A stretch of DNA of 64,000 nt from an uncultured Gemmatimonadaceae bacterium. Its GTDB lineage: Bacteria > Gemmatimonadota > Gemmatimonadetes > Gemmatimonadales > GWC2-71-9. The stretch's first letter is position 1. Every line of letters begins with the position of its first letter. A program made the position numbers and the translations under genes. The notes beneath the pieces were generated by a model, which worked only from the letters and a program-made list of their open reading frames with translations, did no database searches and had not been told where the DNA came from. Positions 51,755 to 63,229 of the stretch are shown one piece after another. Where the stretch lies: the NCBI GenBank assembly GCA_964475685.1, contig CAYYXP010000068.1:989-64988 (forward strand), read 5' to 3'.

Positions 51755-52368
51755 CGCAGGTACCCCCGCTCTCCGCGGGCCAGGCGCTCGCGCATGTCCG
51801 TGGGGAGCTCGTCGAAGGCCTCGGCGATGCTCAGCTCCTCCATGGAGTAGTGCGCCTCGGGATTGGCGGCGAGCGCCTGCCGGGTCTGTTCGGCCCGGCT
51901 GAAGTGCCCTCGGAGGGGAAAGGCCTTCCGCAGTGGGTACCCCTCGGCGTAGGTCTCCCACATCAGGATCCGCCGCAGGTCGGGGTGGCCCGAGAAGACG
52001 ACGCCGAACATGTCGTACACCTCGCGCTCGAGCCAGTCCGCCCCTTTCCACAGGTCCCAGACCGACCGCATCTCCAGCGGTTCCCGCTGCTCCAGCTCGA
52101 CCTTGACGCGCAGATCCGCCCGCCGCGCGAGGGAGCGCAGCTGGTAGACGACTTCGAGCGGGCGTTCGGGGTCCCGGTATTCGACGGCGGTGACGTCGGT
52201 GAGGTAGTCGAAGCGCTGGCCGGGGGCGTCCTTGAGCCAGGCAAGTACGTCGTGGGAGCGCTCACGGGCGACGTAGGCGATCGTGTCGCCGCAGGAGACG
52301 GCGTGCCGCCCGACGGCGTCCCCGAACTCGGCGCGGAGGGGGGCGATCGAGGGTGAGAGCGACGTCAT
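51751..52368 (-). CDS. nuoC: NADH-quinone oxidoreductase subunit C
   Basis: 205 aa. [24 protein letters not shown] motif, with a ~40-aa C-terminal tail. Confidence 0.9.
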   Translation of the reverse strand: MTSLSPSIAPLRAEFGDAVGRHAVSCGDTIAYVARERSHDVLAWLKDAPGQRFDYLTDVTAVEYRDPERPLEVVYQLRSLARRADLRVKVELEQREPLEMRSVWDLWKGADWLEREVYDMFGVVFSGHPDLRRILMWETYAEGYPLRKAFPLRGHFSRAEQTRQALAANPEAHYSMEELSIAEAFDELPTDMRERLARGERGYLR

Positions 52369-52973
52369 GACGTGCGGGTCTGGTGCACCGAGTTCCCGAA
52401 CGGCTCGCTCAGTTCATCCACCCGTTCCGCCGGGAGGAAGAGCCCGGAGGGCCCGACCAACTTCTCCTCGCGGAGAAGATCGTCGTCAATGCTCTCCCCC
52501 ATGATCTTCTTCTGGAGGAGCCGGATTCCGTAGATGAGACCCTCCGGCCGCGGCGGGCAGCCGGGGACGTAGACGTCCACCGGAATGATGGTGTCGATCC
52601 CCTGCACCATCGCGTAGTTGTCGAAGATGCCGCCCGAGGACGCGCAGGCCCCCATCGAGATGGCCCACTTCGGCTGGGGCATCTGGTCCCAGATCCGGCG
52701 AATGACCGGAGCGAGCTTGAAGGGGAGGCGGCCGGCACAGATGAGCACGTCGGCCTGGCGCGGGGAGAAGCTCATCCGTTCCATTCCGAAGCGGGCCAGA
52801 TCGAACCGGCTCGCGGCGGCGGCCATGAACTCGATGGCGCAGCAGGCGGTGCCGAAGGGCATCGGCCAGAGCGAGTTACTGCGGGCCCAGTTGGTCAGGA
52901 AGTCGAGGCGGGTGGTTACCCAGTTGGGGGAGACCGATGAAACGGTCGTACCCTCGGAACGTAGGGGACTCAA
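52365..52973 (-). CDS. nuoB: NADH-quinone oxidoreductase subunit B; start codon uncertain
   Basis: [25 protein letters not shown] and VPGCPPRPE. No ATG or GTG lies between the nuoA stop and the conserved core. I place the start at TTG 52973 (TTGA overlap with the nuoA stop); GTG 52979 is the alternative. Confidence 0.85.
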   Translation of the reverse strand: MSPLRSEGTTVSSVSPNWVTTRLDFLTNWARSNSLWPMPFGTACCAIEFMAAAASRFDLARFGMERMSFSPRQADVLICAGRLPFKLAPVIRRIWDQMPQPKWAISMGACASSGGIFDNYAMVQGIDTIIPVDVYVPGCPPRPEGLIYGIRLLQKKIMGESIDDDLLREEKLVGPSGLFLPAERVDELSEPFGNSVHQTRTS

Positions 52974-53335
52974 TCCCACTGGAGGGCCCCCCGCTTCCAG
53001 ATGTAGACGTACCCCACGGCAAGAATGACGACGAAGACGAGCATTTCGATGATCAGGAGGCCGGCGATGTCGCCCATCTGGCGGAAGGCCACGGCCCACG
53101 GAATCATGAAGACCGTCTCGATGTCGAAGATGATAAAGAGCATGGCCACGAGGTAGAACTTGACCGAGAACCGCTCCCTTGCCGTCCCCAGCACCGGCAT
53201 GCCCGACTCGTACGGCGCGATCTTGGTCGGGGTGCGGCGGTAGGTGGAGAGGAGATGGGAAGCCCCCAACATCAGGATCGCGTTTGCGACCACGAAAGCG
53301 ATCAGGATCAGGAGCGGGATGTAGGGTTGAAGCAT
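52970..53335 (-). CDS. nuoA: NADH-quinone oxidoreductase subunit A
   Basis: 121 aa, 3 TM. YESGMP...[17 protein letters not shown] motif. First gene of the operon. Confidence 0.9.
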   Translation of the reverse strand: MLQPYIPLLILIAFVVANAILMLGASHLLSTYRRTPTKIAPYESGMPVLGTARERFSVKFYLVAMLFIIFDIETVFMIPWAVAFRQMGDIAGLLIIEMLVFVVILAVGYVYIWKRGALQWD

Positions 53336-53350
53336 GAGGGCGGTGCTTTC

Positions 53351-53364
53351 GTGAAAAGTTTCAC
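53351..53364. promoter_or_regulatory. 14-bp palindrome GTGAAAAGTTTCAC (GTGA-N6-TCAC, CRP/FNR-type geometry) upstream of nuoA
   Basis: Perfect 6-bp arms GTGAAA/TTTCAC around AG, read directly. Located 16-29 nt upstream of the nuoA ATG in the nuoA/dcd divergent region. The binding factor is unknown. Confidence 0.35.
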
Positions 53365-53493
53365 TTACGGCGTGAAGTTAACCGCCCCGGAAAGGTGTTT
53401 CAACCCGGACCCGCTATATTCCCCGCCGTTCGTGGGGCAGGCGTCCGGGGCGCCGGCCGCCGGGGCCCGGTTCCTCCGTTCCGCCGAGGCGTG

Positions 53494-54072
53494 ATGTCCA
53501 TCAAGTCCGACCGCTGGATCAGACGGATGGCCCGCGAGCGCGGGATGATCGACCCGTTCGTCGAGCGACAGGTGCGCGAGGTGGACGCGCGGGGCCGTCG
53601 GGTCATCTCCTACGGCGTGTCGAGCTACGGCTATGACATGCGGGTGGCGCCGGAGTTCAAGATCTTCACCAATGTGCTCAGCGCCGTGGTGGACCCGAAG
53701 GAGTTCGATTCGCGGTCCCTCGTCGAGTTCGAGGGGGACGTCTGTATCGTGCCGCCGAACAGCTTCGCTCTGGCCCGCAGTGTCGAGTATTTCCGCATTC
53801 CCCGCGAGGTGCTCACGATCTGCGTGGGGAAGAGCACCTACGCCCGCTGTGGAATCATCACCAACGTGACGCCCTTCGAACCGGAGTGGGAGGGCAACGT
53901 CACCCTCGAGATCTCCAATACCACGCCGTTGCCGGCCAAGATCTACGCCAACGAAGGCATCTGCCAGGTGCTCTTCTTCGAAGCCGATGCCGACGACCTC
54001 TGCGAAGTCAGTTACGCGGACAAGGCCGGCAAATACCAGCGCCAGACCGGCGTGACCCTTCCGAAGCTCTAG
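53494..54072 (+). CDS. dcd: dCTP deaminase
   Basis: 192 aa from ATG 53494. [13 protein letters not shown]..., [42 protein letters not shown]. Confidence 0.9.
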   Translation: MSIKSDRWIRRMARERGMIDPFVERQVREVDARGRRVISYGVSSYGYDMRVAPEFKIFTNVLSAVVDPKEFDSRSLVEFEGDVCIVPPNSFALARSVEYFRIPREVLTICVGKSTYARCGIITNVTPFEPEWEGNVTLEISNTTPLPAKIYANEGICQVLFFEADADDLCEVSYADKAGKYQRQTGVTLPKL

Positions 54073-54097
54073 GCCGCCGACCCCGACCGGATCCTCG

Positions 54098-56089
54098 ATG
54101 CGACACCCGGTATTCCTGGCGGTGCTCATCGCCTCGCCGCTCCTCGCCCAGCAACCCGCTTCACCGGCCGCGCCATCCGTCGCCCTGCGCCCGCCCGTGG
54201 CCGACACCGGGGTCTTCAGCCCCCTGGCGCTCCCGCCGGCCACGGACACACGCAGCGCGACCGGGGCACCCGGGCCCCGCTACTGGCAGCAGCGGGCCGA
54301 CTATGCCATCAAGGCGACGCTCGACACCGCGACGCAACGCCTGACCGGGTCCGAGGTGGTCCGCTACACGAACAATTCGCCGGACACACTTCGCTTCGTC
54401 TGGATGCAGGTTGACCAGAACCTCTTTCGGCCGGGGAGCATGGGTTCCCTGCTCTTCGCATCCGAGAACCGCTTCGGCCGCACCGGCCTCCAGGATGGGA
54501 TCGAGATCCGGAGCATCGCCCAGGCCGCGGCCGCTCCATCGGCCAGGTCGGCCGGGAGGAAGGGGGCGTCCGCCGCCGCGGGCAAGCCCATCCCGCTCAC
54601 CTCCCGGGTGGACGACACCATGATGTACGTGGAGCTCGCCACGCCGCTGGCGCCGGGTGCGACCACGCTTCTCGACCTCACCTGGGACTTCCACATTCCG
54701 GAACATGGCGCGGACCGGATGGGGCGCGACGGCAGCCTCTACGAGATCGCCCAGTGGTACCCGCGGATGGCGGTCTACGACGACGTCCACGGGTGGAATA
54801 CCGACCAGTACCTGGGCCAGGGCGAGTTCTACCTGGAGTACGGCGACATCGACTACGAGGTGACGCTCCCGGCCGGCTACATCGTGGCCGGCACCGGCAC
54901 CCTCCAGAACCCCTCCGAGGTTCTCACCGCTGTCCAGCGGTCGAGGCTGGCCGCCGCGATCAAGTCCGACAGCACCGTCGCGATCGTCACCGCCGAGGAG
55001 CTGAGCTCCGGCGCGGCGCGCCCCCGACGCGACGGGACGCTCACCTGGCGCTTCCGCGCGGAGCGTGTGCGTGACGCCGTCTGGGCCGCGTCACCCGACT
55101 ACCTGTGGGACGCCTCGGGCTGGGATGGTACCCTCGTCCAGGCCTATTACCGACCGTCCGCCGTCGAGACCTGGCGGGACGCGGCCCGGATGAGCCGATT
55201 CTCCATCCAGGAGTACAGCACCCGCTGGTTCCGGTATCCCTATCCGCAGATCTCCGCGGTCGAGGGCCCGATCTCGGGCATGGAGTATCCGATGGTGGCG
55301 ATGGAAGCGAGGAGCAACGACGGGAACGGGCTTTACAGCGTCATCACCCATGAGATCGGGCACATGTGGTATCCCATGGTCGTCGGCTCGGACGAGCGCC
55401 GTTATGCCTGGATGGACGAGGGGTTCGACACCTTCATCAACACCTTCTCCGAGGAAGGGTACTGGAACCGGGACGACACGCCGGAGCGGCGCAGGGAGTC
55501 GGGCTTCGTCACGGGGCTCGACCAGTCGCCCGCCGCGCAACCGATCATGACGCCGGCCAACCGGTACCTGAGCAACAGCAATCTGGGCAGCCTGGCGTAC
55601 GTGAAGCCGTCGCTCATGCTCCTCGCGCTCCGCAACAAGGTGCTCGGGCCCGAGGTGTTCGACCGATCGTTCCGGGAGTACACCCGGCGGTGGGCGTTCA
55701 AGCATCCCCAGCCCGCCGACTTCTTCCGGACGATCGAGCAGGTGTCGGGCCGCGACCTGTCGTGGTTCTGGCGGAGTTTCTTCCTCACGACCGCAGCGCT
55801 CGACCAATCCGTCGAGTCGGTGAGGGAAACGGCGGATGGCGCGGCGCTGGTTTCGCTGCGCAATCTGGGAACCGCCGTGATGCCGGTGGAGCTCCTGCTC
55901 ACCGCGGACGACGGAACCACGAATCTCGTGCGGCTTCCGGTGGAGATCTGGTACCGCGGCAATCGGTACATCTACCGGGTGCCACCCGGCAGGCACTTGG
56001 TCGCTGCACGGGTCAATCCCGATGGCGCCTTCCCTGACGTGAATCCCTCGAACGATGCCTGGCAGTCATCGACCGCCTCGACGCATTGA
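54098..56089 (+). CDS. Secreted M1-family zinc metallopeptidase (paralog 1)
   Basis: 663 aa. Signal peptide MRHPVFLAVLIASPLLAQQ. Zinc site HEIGHMW-x17-WMDEG. GMEYPM in place of the GAMEN exopeptidase motif. Confidence 0.85.
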   Translation: MRHPVFLAVLIASPLLAQQPASPAAPSVALRPPVADTGVFSPLALPPATDTRSATGAPGPRYWQQRADYAIKATLDTATQRLTGSEVVRYTNNSPDTLRFVWMQVDQNLFRPGSMGSLLFASENRFGRTGLQDGIEIRSIAQAAAAPSARSAGRKGASAAAGKPIPLTSRVDDTMMYVELATPLAPGATTLLDLTWDFHIPEHGADRMGRDGSLYEIAQWYPRMAVYDDVHGWNTDQYLGQGEFYLEYGDIDYEVTLPAGYIVAGTGTLQNPSEVLTAVQRSRLAAAIKSDSTVAIVTAEELSSGAARPRRDGTLTWRFRAERVRDAVWAASPDYLWDASGWDGTLVQAYYRPSAVETWRDAARMSRFSIQEYSTRWFRYPYPQISAVEGPISGMEYPMVAMEARSNDGNGLYSVITHEIGHMWYPMVVGSDERRYAWMDEGFDTFINTFSEEGYWNRDDTPERRRESGFVTGLDQSPAAQPIMTPANRYLSNSNLGSLAYVKPSLMLLALRNKVLGPEVFDRSFREYTRRWAFKHPQPADFFRTIEQVSGRDLSWFWRSFFLTTAALDQSVESVRETADGAALVSLRNLGTAVMPVELLLTADDGTTNLVRLPVEIWYRGNRYIYRVPPGRHLVAARVNPDGAFPDVNPSNDAWQSSTASTH

Positions 56090-56117
56090 GCCGCCCCACT
56101 CTCCCGTAGGAATCACC

Positions 56118-58112
56118 ATGCGCGCACGTCTTGCACTGTTTCTCCTGGGTTCCCTGCCCGCCGGACTCCATGCCCAACAGCCGTCCGCCCCGCCCGGCGC
56201 GTCACTCAACTCCGAACCCGGAGATCCCTCCCCGTTCCGTCGCCTTCAGCTCGCACCGCCGAACGGGGTGCGAAGCGCGAACGGCGCTCCCGGCCCGGGC
56301 TACTGGCAGCAGCGGGCGGACTACGTCATCCGCGCGACGCTCGACACGGCGAACAGGAGGGTGCGTGGCGAGGAAACGATCACCTACACGAACAACTCGC
56401 CCGACACTCTCCGCTTCGTGTGGCTCCAGGTGGACCAGAACCTCTTTACCGACACCAGCCGCGGCGTCACCATGTTCGGTGCCGTCCCTGGCTCGGGCCC
56501 CACAGTTGCCGGTGCCAAGCCTGCCAGCAGCTCTGAGATGGGTGTCCGCATTCTCAGCGTCGCCCAGCCGGCGAGTGCGCCCAAGAAAGGCAAGTCCGCC
56601 GGCGAGGCGACCAGCCTCCGGTACATGGTGAACGGCACCGTCATGCGGGTGGACCTGCTCCAGCCGATGCCGCCCAAGGGGAAGCAGCAGCTCGAGCTCG
56701 CCTGGTCCTTTCCCCTCCCCTCCAGCCCCAACCGCATGGGGGTCGAGGATATAGACGGAAGCACGGTCTTCGAGGTGGCGCAGTGGTATCCCCGGCTGGC
56801 GGTGTACGACGACGTGCGTGGCTGGAATACCGAGCAGTACTATGGCCGCGGCGAGTTCTACCTCGAGTACGGCAGCTTCGACGTGAGCCTCACGGTGCCA
56901 GCCGATATGCTCGTCGCCGCCACGGGTACGCTGCGAAACCCGGACGAGGTGCTGACCGCGGCCCAGCGTGCGCGGCTCGAGCGCGCGCGCACCAGCAACC
57001 AGACGGTTGTCATTCGAGGCAAGGACGAGATTGGTGACCCCGCCTCGCGGCCCCCGACGACCTACCCCACCTTCACCTGGCGGTTCACTGCCGACAGCGT
57101 CCGCGATTTTGCCTGGGCGGCGGCACGGCACTTCATCTGGGACGCGGTCGGCGTGAACGGCGGGCGGACACTGGCGATGAGCTTCTATCCCCCGTCGGCC
57201 GAGCCGGCGTGGAAGGAGGCGAGCCAGTACGCCAAGTTCGCCATCGAGAACTACTCGCAGCAGTGGGTCCCCTACCCCTATCCCTACGCCATCAACGTGA
57301 ACGGCATCGAAGGCGGGATGGAGTACCCCATGATCGTCTTCTGCCGCGAGCGGGTGGATCCGGTGGCGCTCTACAGCGTGACCGACCATGAGTTCGGCCA
57401 CAACTGGTTTCCCATGCTCGTGGGGAGCAACGAGCGGCTGTATGGATGGATGGACGAAGGATTCAACAGTTTCATGAACCACTACAACTTCCCCAAGCGG
57501 TGGCCGGACAAGCCGCTGCCAGCTTCCCGGGGACTACAGGAGACTTACCTCAAGAACGCGCTATCGGGCCAGGAACAGCCGATCATGATCCCGGCCGACC
57601 GGAGCCTGACCAGCGAGAACTGGCGCCAGGCGCTGTACAACAAGCCGGCCGTCGGGCTGGTGCTGCTCCGCGAGCATATCACCTCGCCGGAGCGGTTCGA
57701 CCCGGTCTTCCGCGAGTACATCCGGCGCTGGGCGTTCAAGCATCCCACGCCGGCGGATTTTTTCCGGACGATGGAGGACGGGCTCGGCGAGGACCTCAGC
57801 TGGTTCTGGCGGTCCTGGTTCCATACTACCGAGCAGCTCGACCAGGCGGTGGACTCCGTCACTCTCTCCGACTCCGCCGCGGTCGCGTCGCGGGTGTTTC
57901 TGCGGAACGCCGGGCAGATGCCGATGCCGGTCGAGCTCTCCCTCCTCATGGATGACGGGAGCACGCGGCGCCTTTCGCTTCCCGTGGAAATCTGGTTCCG
58001 GGGCAACCGCTTTACCGCGGCCATTCCGGGGCCCAGCAGGGTGAAATCGGTGACAATCGATCCGGACGGATGGTACCCGGATGTGAAGCGGGACAACAAC
58101 AAGTGGCCGTGA
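56118..58112 (+). CDS. Secreted M1-family zinc metallopeptidase (paralog 2)
   Basis: 664 aa from ATG 56118, with AGGA 7 nt upstream. Signal peptide MRARLALFLLGSLPAGLHAQQ. HEFGHNW-x17-WMDEG. Colinear with paralog 1 over its full length. Confidence 0.85.
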   Translation: MRARLALFLLGSLPAGLHAQQPSAPPGASLNSEPGDPSPFRRLQLAPPNGVRSANGAPGPGYWQQRADYVIRATLDTANRRVRGEETITYTNNSPDTLRFVWLQVDQNLFTDTSRGVTMFGAVPGSGPTVAGAKPASSSEMGVRILSVAQPASAPKKGKSAGEATSLRYMVNGTVMRVDLLQPMPPKGKQQLELAWSFPLPSSPNRMGVEDIDGSTVFEVAQWYPRLAVYDDVRGWNTEQYYGRGEFYLEYGSFDVSLTVPADMLVAATGTLRNPDEVLTAAQRARLERARTSNQTVVIRGKDEIGDPASRPPTTYPTFTWRFTADSVRDFAWAAARHFIWDAVGVNGGRTLAMSFYPPSAEPAWKEASQYAKFAIENYSQQWVPYPYPYAINVNGIEGGMEYPMIVFCRERVDPVALYSVTDHEFGHNWFPMLVGSNERLYGWMDEGFNSFMNHYNFPKRWPDKPLPASRGLQETYLKNALSGQEQPIMIPADRSLTSENWRQALYNKPAVGLVLLREHITSPERFDPVFREYIRRWAFKHPTPADFFRTMEDGLGEDLSWFWRSWFHTTEQLDQAVDSVTLSDSAAVASRVFLRNAGQMPMPVELSLLMDDGSTRRLSLPVEIWFRGNRFTAAIPGPSRVKSVTIDPDGWYPDVKRDNNKWP

Positions 58113-58124
58113 AGGATTCCCCGT

Positions 58125-59282
58125 TCACGGCACCTTCAGTTGCCACAGGCCGCTCAGCATGTCGATCGCGTAGAGTGATCCGCCGGCCAGCTGGACACCC
58201 CATACGTAGGTGTTGCCGATCCCGCCCGGAGTGATCCGGGCAATGAGCCGGCCGGACAGATCACCGGAGAGGGTGCCGGAGACGTCGAGGGCCACGACCC
58301 CTCCGTTGTAGTAGGCTGCGTAGAGGATCTGTCGTTCCTCGTCCATCCAGAAGTTGTGGGTGCCGGCCCCGTCGAGGTGGAAGAAGGCGACCTCCGTGGG
58401 GTTCGCCAGATCGGAGATGTCCACGACGTGGATGTCCCCGCTCGACACGGAGCCGACGGCGCCCGGTCCCTCCTGCCCGATGAACAGATAGCGGTTCTCC
58501 CCGGCCACCGGATTGTGGAACCACCAGCCATTGTGAACCGCTGCTCCCGCCTTGAGCCCGCCCGTGCTGGTGAGCAGGCGGCCTACCTCGACAGGGGCGC
58601 CGGGGAGGCCGGAGCTGATCCCGTTCCCCACGTCGTAGATGATCACGCCGGTGTTCCAGGCGAACACGAATGCCAGGCCATCGCGCACGTAGGTGTCGTG
58701 GATCCCGTAGGCGGGAGGAATCGGCACCGAGGTCCGGAGCACGATCGCCGCGGGGTCGGTGATGTCGTAGATGAGCAATGCCGGCTCCTCGGGATTCTTC
58801 GCGGCGAAGACGTAGCGGCGGCCCGCGATCTCGGCGATCGTCGCGGTGTGGATTCCGGTCGCCACCTGCGCGCTGTCGAGAAGCACGGGCAGGCGGGGGT
58901 TCGTGAGGTCGTAGACGAAGAGCCCGGCGTTGGGTCCCCGTTCGGCGCCGAACACCAGCACCTTGCCGTCGTCGCTCACCTGGACGTCGCTCACGGTCTC
59001 TATACCCGGCACAGTGAGGGAATCGAGCAGCGAGGGAGCGCCGCCGGCACCCCGGAACCAGATGTTCACGACATTGCCGGGGTTTCCGTTTCGGGGGGTC
59101 CCACCCCAGGTGCCGGTGTAGACGTAGGAGCCGTGCACCCAGAGGTCTGAGCTGTAGCGATCCGGGAGGTTGTTCCCTCCCGCCAGTATCTCGAACTCGC
59201 CATCCGGGATGGGATGTGGGCCCGCGCCGTCGCCTCCGCCACAGGCCACGGCGCCGGCGAGGATCCAGAGGGACCGCCTCAC
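58125..59282 (-). CDS. LVIVD-repeat beta-propeller lipoprotein
   Basis: 385 aa. Lipobox-like LAGAVAC. Repeated hydrophobic-x-x-D-x-x-x-P units: LFVYDLTNPRLP, LLIYDITDPAAI, VIIYDVGNG, IHVVDISDLANP. Confidence 0.7.
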   Translation of the reverse strand: MRRSLWILAGAVACGGGDGAGPHPIPDGEFEILAGGNNLPDRYSSDLWVHGSYVYTGTWGGTPRNGNPGNVVNIWFRGAGGAPSLLDSLTVPGIETVSDVQVSDDGKVLVFGAERGPNAGLFVYDLTNPRLPVLLDSAQVATGIHTATIAEIAGRRYVFAAKNPEEPALLIYDITDPAAIVLRTSVPIPPAYGIHDTYVRDGLAFVFAWNTGVIIYDVGNGISSGLPGAPVEVGRLLTSTGGLKAGAAVHNGWWFHNPVAGENRYLFIGQEGPGAVGSVSSGDIHVVDISDLANPTEVAFFHLDGAGTHNFWMDEERQILYAAYYNGGVVALDVSGTLSGDLSGRLIARITPGGIGNTYVWGVQLAGGSLYAIDMLSGLWQLKVP

Positions 59283-60517
59283 TTTGGCCCTCCCCCGTGG
59301 TCGTGTCCCGCCAGCGCGCCGTCCTCCATCGCTCCATACCTCCCCATTCTGTGCACTCCCATTCCTGCCCCGATCCGGACGCCCACGGCCACCAACCAGA
59401 AGTGATCCGCGCCGTAGAGGATTTCGGGGTCGAACACGCCACCTCCGACCTTCGCGATGCTTCCGGCGGAAATCTCCACCAGGGGACGAAGCCGTACTCG
59501 CCCACCCTGGAGGGCGTCGATCTCATACCCCATCGTGTGGGTGGTCCACCGTGTTCTGCCGAGAATCGAGTTGTCCAGGTGGGGTCGCCGCGTTCGGAAC
59601 CGGCCGACCCGCTCTTCCTCGGGCCGCCCGGTCCGCTCGAAGCGGTACTGGAGACGATGACGGCCCGTGCTCCATGCACCCTCGGCGAGGAGGGACTCGA
59701 ACACGTGGAACCCATCCGCCTCCGAGGTGCGCGCCCACTCGACGAGACCGTAGATCGGGTGATCTCCCACAAGTCGAGACCAGCGGGCGGAGAGGCTCCA
59801 CTTGCCCTGATTGGTGCCCGCGCCCGGCCGGTGTTCGGGGGAATGAACGTGGGCATGGGAGACCTGAAACTCCAACCCGGTTACAGGGGTGACGCCGCCG
59901 CGCACCGACCAGGAATCCCCGAATCGGCTGAGGTTGGGCCATTGCCCCGGGTATTCCGGCTCGTCTCCGTTGAAGAGGCCGACTTCGGCGGAGACGAGTC
60001 GGGTCCTGAAGGCGGCTATGGCGACGGCTCGCTCCAGCACCTGGGAGAGGTGGTGATTGACGGGGTATCGGAGAAACGGCCGGGACATCGGGTCATCGGT
60101 GCCGAAGGGGGCGAAGCCCTTGCCGAGACCCACGGAGAGGCGGGAAGCCCCATCGCTGCCGCCGAGGAGATGGTCCGCCGAAAGGAAGAGCTCGTGAAGG
60201 TAGGTGTGGGGGTGCCGCCGATCCACGAATCCTTCGCCCCAGTTCCCCAATGCCAGCTCGCCCTCGGGGATCGTCGCTCCCTCGAGGTCGAGCATTCCCA
60301 CCAGTCGGAGGTGTCGCCCCGCACCGGCGTGGACAGCGAGCGTCGGCTGGACGACCCGGACCTCGCCCAGCGCCCCGCCGCCGGGAACGACGTCCGACCG
60401 CTCGAACGCCAGGACGGCGTTGATCCCCACCCGGGCCCAGGGCGGCGCCTGTGCCTGCATGCGGTGAGGCACCAGCGCCGCCACTCCCGCCGCCAGGGCG
60501 AGGCGGAACGGGCTCAG
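59279..60517 (-). CDS. Hypothetical secreted, His-rich, beta-rich protein (outer-membrane-like); start codon uncertain
   Basis: Signal-peptide-like [23 protein letters not shown] begins exactly at the sdhB stop. Alternating beta-strand-like sequence with His clusters ([26 protein letters not shown]). Start placed at CTG 60517 (CTGA overlap). The ORF-track ATG 60628 would overlap sdhB by 115 nt. Confidence 0.5.
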   Translation of the reverse strand: MSPFRLALAAGVAALVPHRMQAQAPPWARVGINAVLAFERSDVVPGGGALGEVRVVQPTLAVHAGAGRHLRLVGMLDLEGATIPEGELALGNWGEGFVDRRHPHTYLHELFLSADHLLGGSDGASRLSVGLGKGFAPFGTDDPMSRPFLRYPVNHHLSQVLERAVAIAAFRTRLVSAEVGLFNGDEPEYPGQWPNLSRFGDSWSVRGGVTPVTGLEFQVSHAHVHSPEHRPGAGTNQGKWSLSARWSRLVGDHPIYGLVEWARTSEADGFHVFESLLAEGAWSTGRHRLQYRFERTGRPEEERVGRFRTRRPHLDNSILGRTRWTTHTMGYEIDALQGGRVRLRPLVEISAGSIAKVGGGVFDPEILYGADHFWLVAVGVRIGAGMGVHRMGRYGAMEDGALAGHDHGGGPK

Positions 60518-61284
60518 TCCGACTCGGCCGCCACCGCGCGCTCCGGGGCCAGGCTCGCCCGGAGGAAGTCGCGGTTCATCAGTGTGATGGTGTCGATGCT
60601 GATCTGTTTGGGGCAGGCGTCCTGGCATTCTCCGAAGAGCGTGCAGGCCCCGAATCCCTCAATGTCCATCCGGGCCACCATGCGCCGCGCGCGCTGAAAC
60701 CGCTCCGGTTGCCCCTGCGGGAGCAGGCCCAGGTGGGTGATCTTGGCGGCGGTGAACAGCGAGGCCGAGCCGTTCGGGCACGCCGCGACGCATGCGCCGC
60801 ACCCGATGCACTGGGCGGCGTCCATGGCGGTGTCGACGAGGTCCTTCCCGATGAGCAGCGCGTTGCCGTCGGGCGCGCCGCCGGTGGGAGCGCTGATGAA
60901 TCCGCCGGCGGCGATGATCCGGTCCAGCGCGCCGCGGTCCACCACCAGGTCGCGCACCACAGGCAGGGCCCTCGCGCGCCAGGGCTCGACGTAGATCTCG
61001 TCACCGTCGTCGAAGCTGCGCATGTGCAGCTGGCAGGTTGCGGTACCGGGGTTGGGCCCGTGGGCCACGCCGTTGATCATGAGGCTGCAGGAGCCGCAAA
61101 TCCCCTCACGGCAATCGTGGTCGAACGCGATCGGCACCTCTTGCGCTTCCGTGAGCCGCTCGTTGACCACGTCGAGCATCTCGAGGAACGACATGTCGGG
61201 GCTGATGTCGTGGGCGGCGTAGCGCACCATACGGCCCGGCGCGCCGGGCCCCGCCTGCCGCCACACGTGAAGCACGACGTTCAT
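60514..61284 (-). CDS. sdhB: Succinate dehydrogenase/fumarate reductase iron-sulfur subunit
   Basis: 256 aa. [27 protein letters not shown] and [13 protein letters not shown] clusters. Confidence 0.9.
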   Translation of the reverse strand: MNVVLHVWRQAGPGAPGRMVRYAAHDISPDMSFLEMLDVVNERLTEAQEVPIAFDHDCREGICGSCSLMINGVAHGPNPGTATCQLHMRSFDDGDEIYVEPWRARALPVVRDLVVDRGALDRIIAAGGFISAPTGGAPDGNALLIGKDLVDTAMDAAQCIGCGACVAACPNGSASLFTAAKITHLGLLPQGQPERFQRARRMVARMDIEGFGACTLFGECQDACPKQISIDTITLMNRDFLRASLAPERAVAAESD

Positions 61285-61309
61285 GAGAGTTCCTCGGGCG
61301 CCGGACAGT

Positions 61310-63225
<1,916 letters not shown>

Positions 63226-63229
<4 letters not shown>

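Noticed and set aside
53365-54249. 294-aa minus-strand ORF across the dcd locus
   Set aside because: It is antisense to a full-length, highly recognisable dCTP deaminase ([13 protein letters not shown]...). It has no motifs and is Gly/Arg/Ala-rich.
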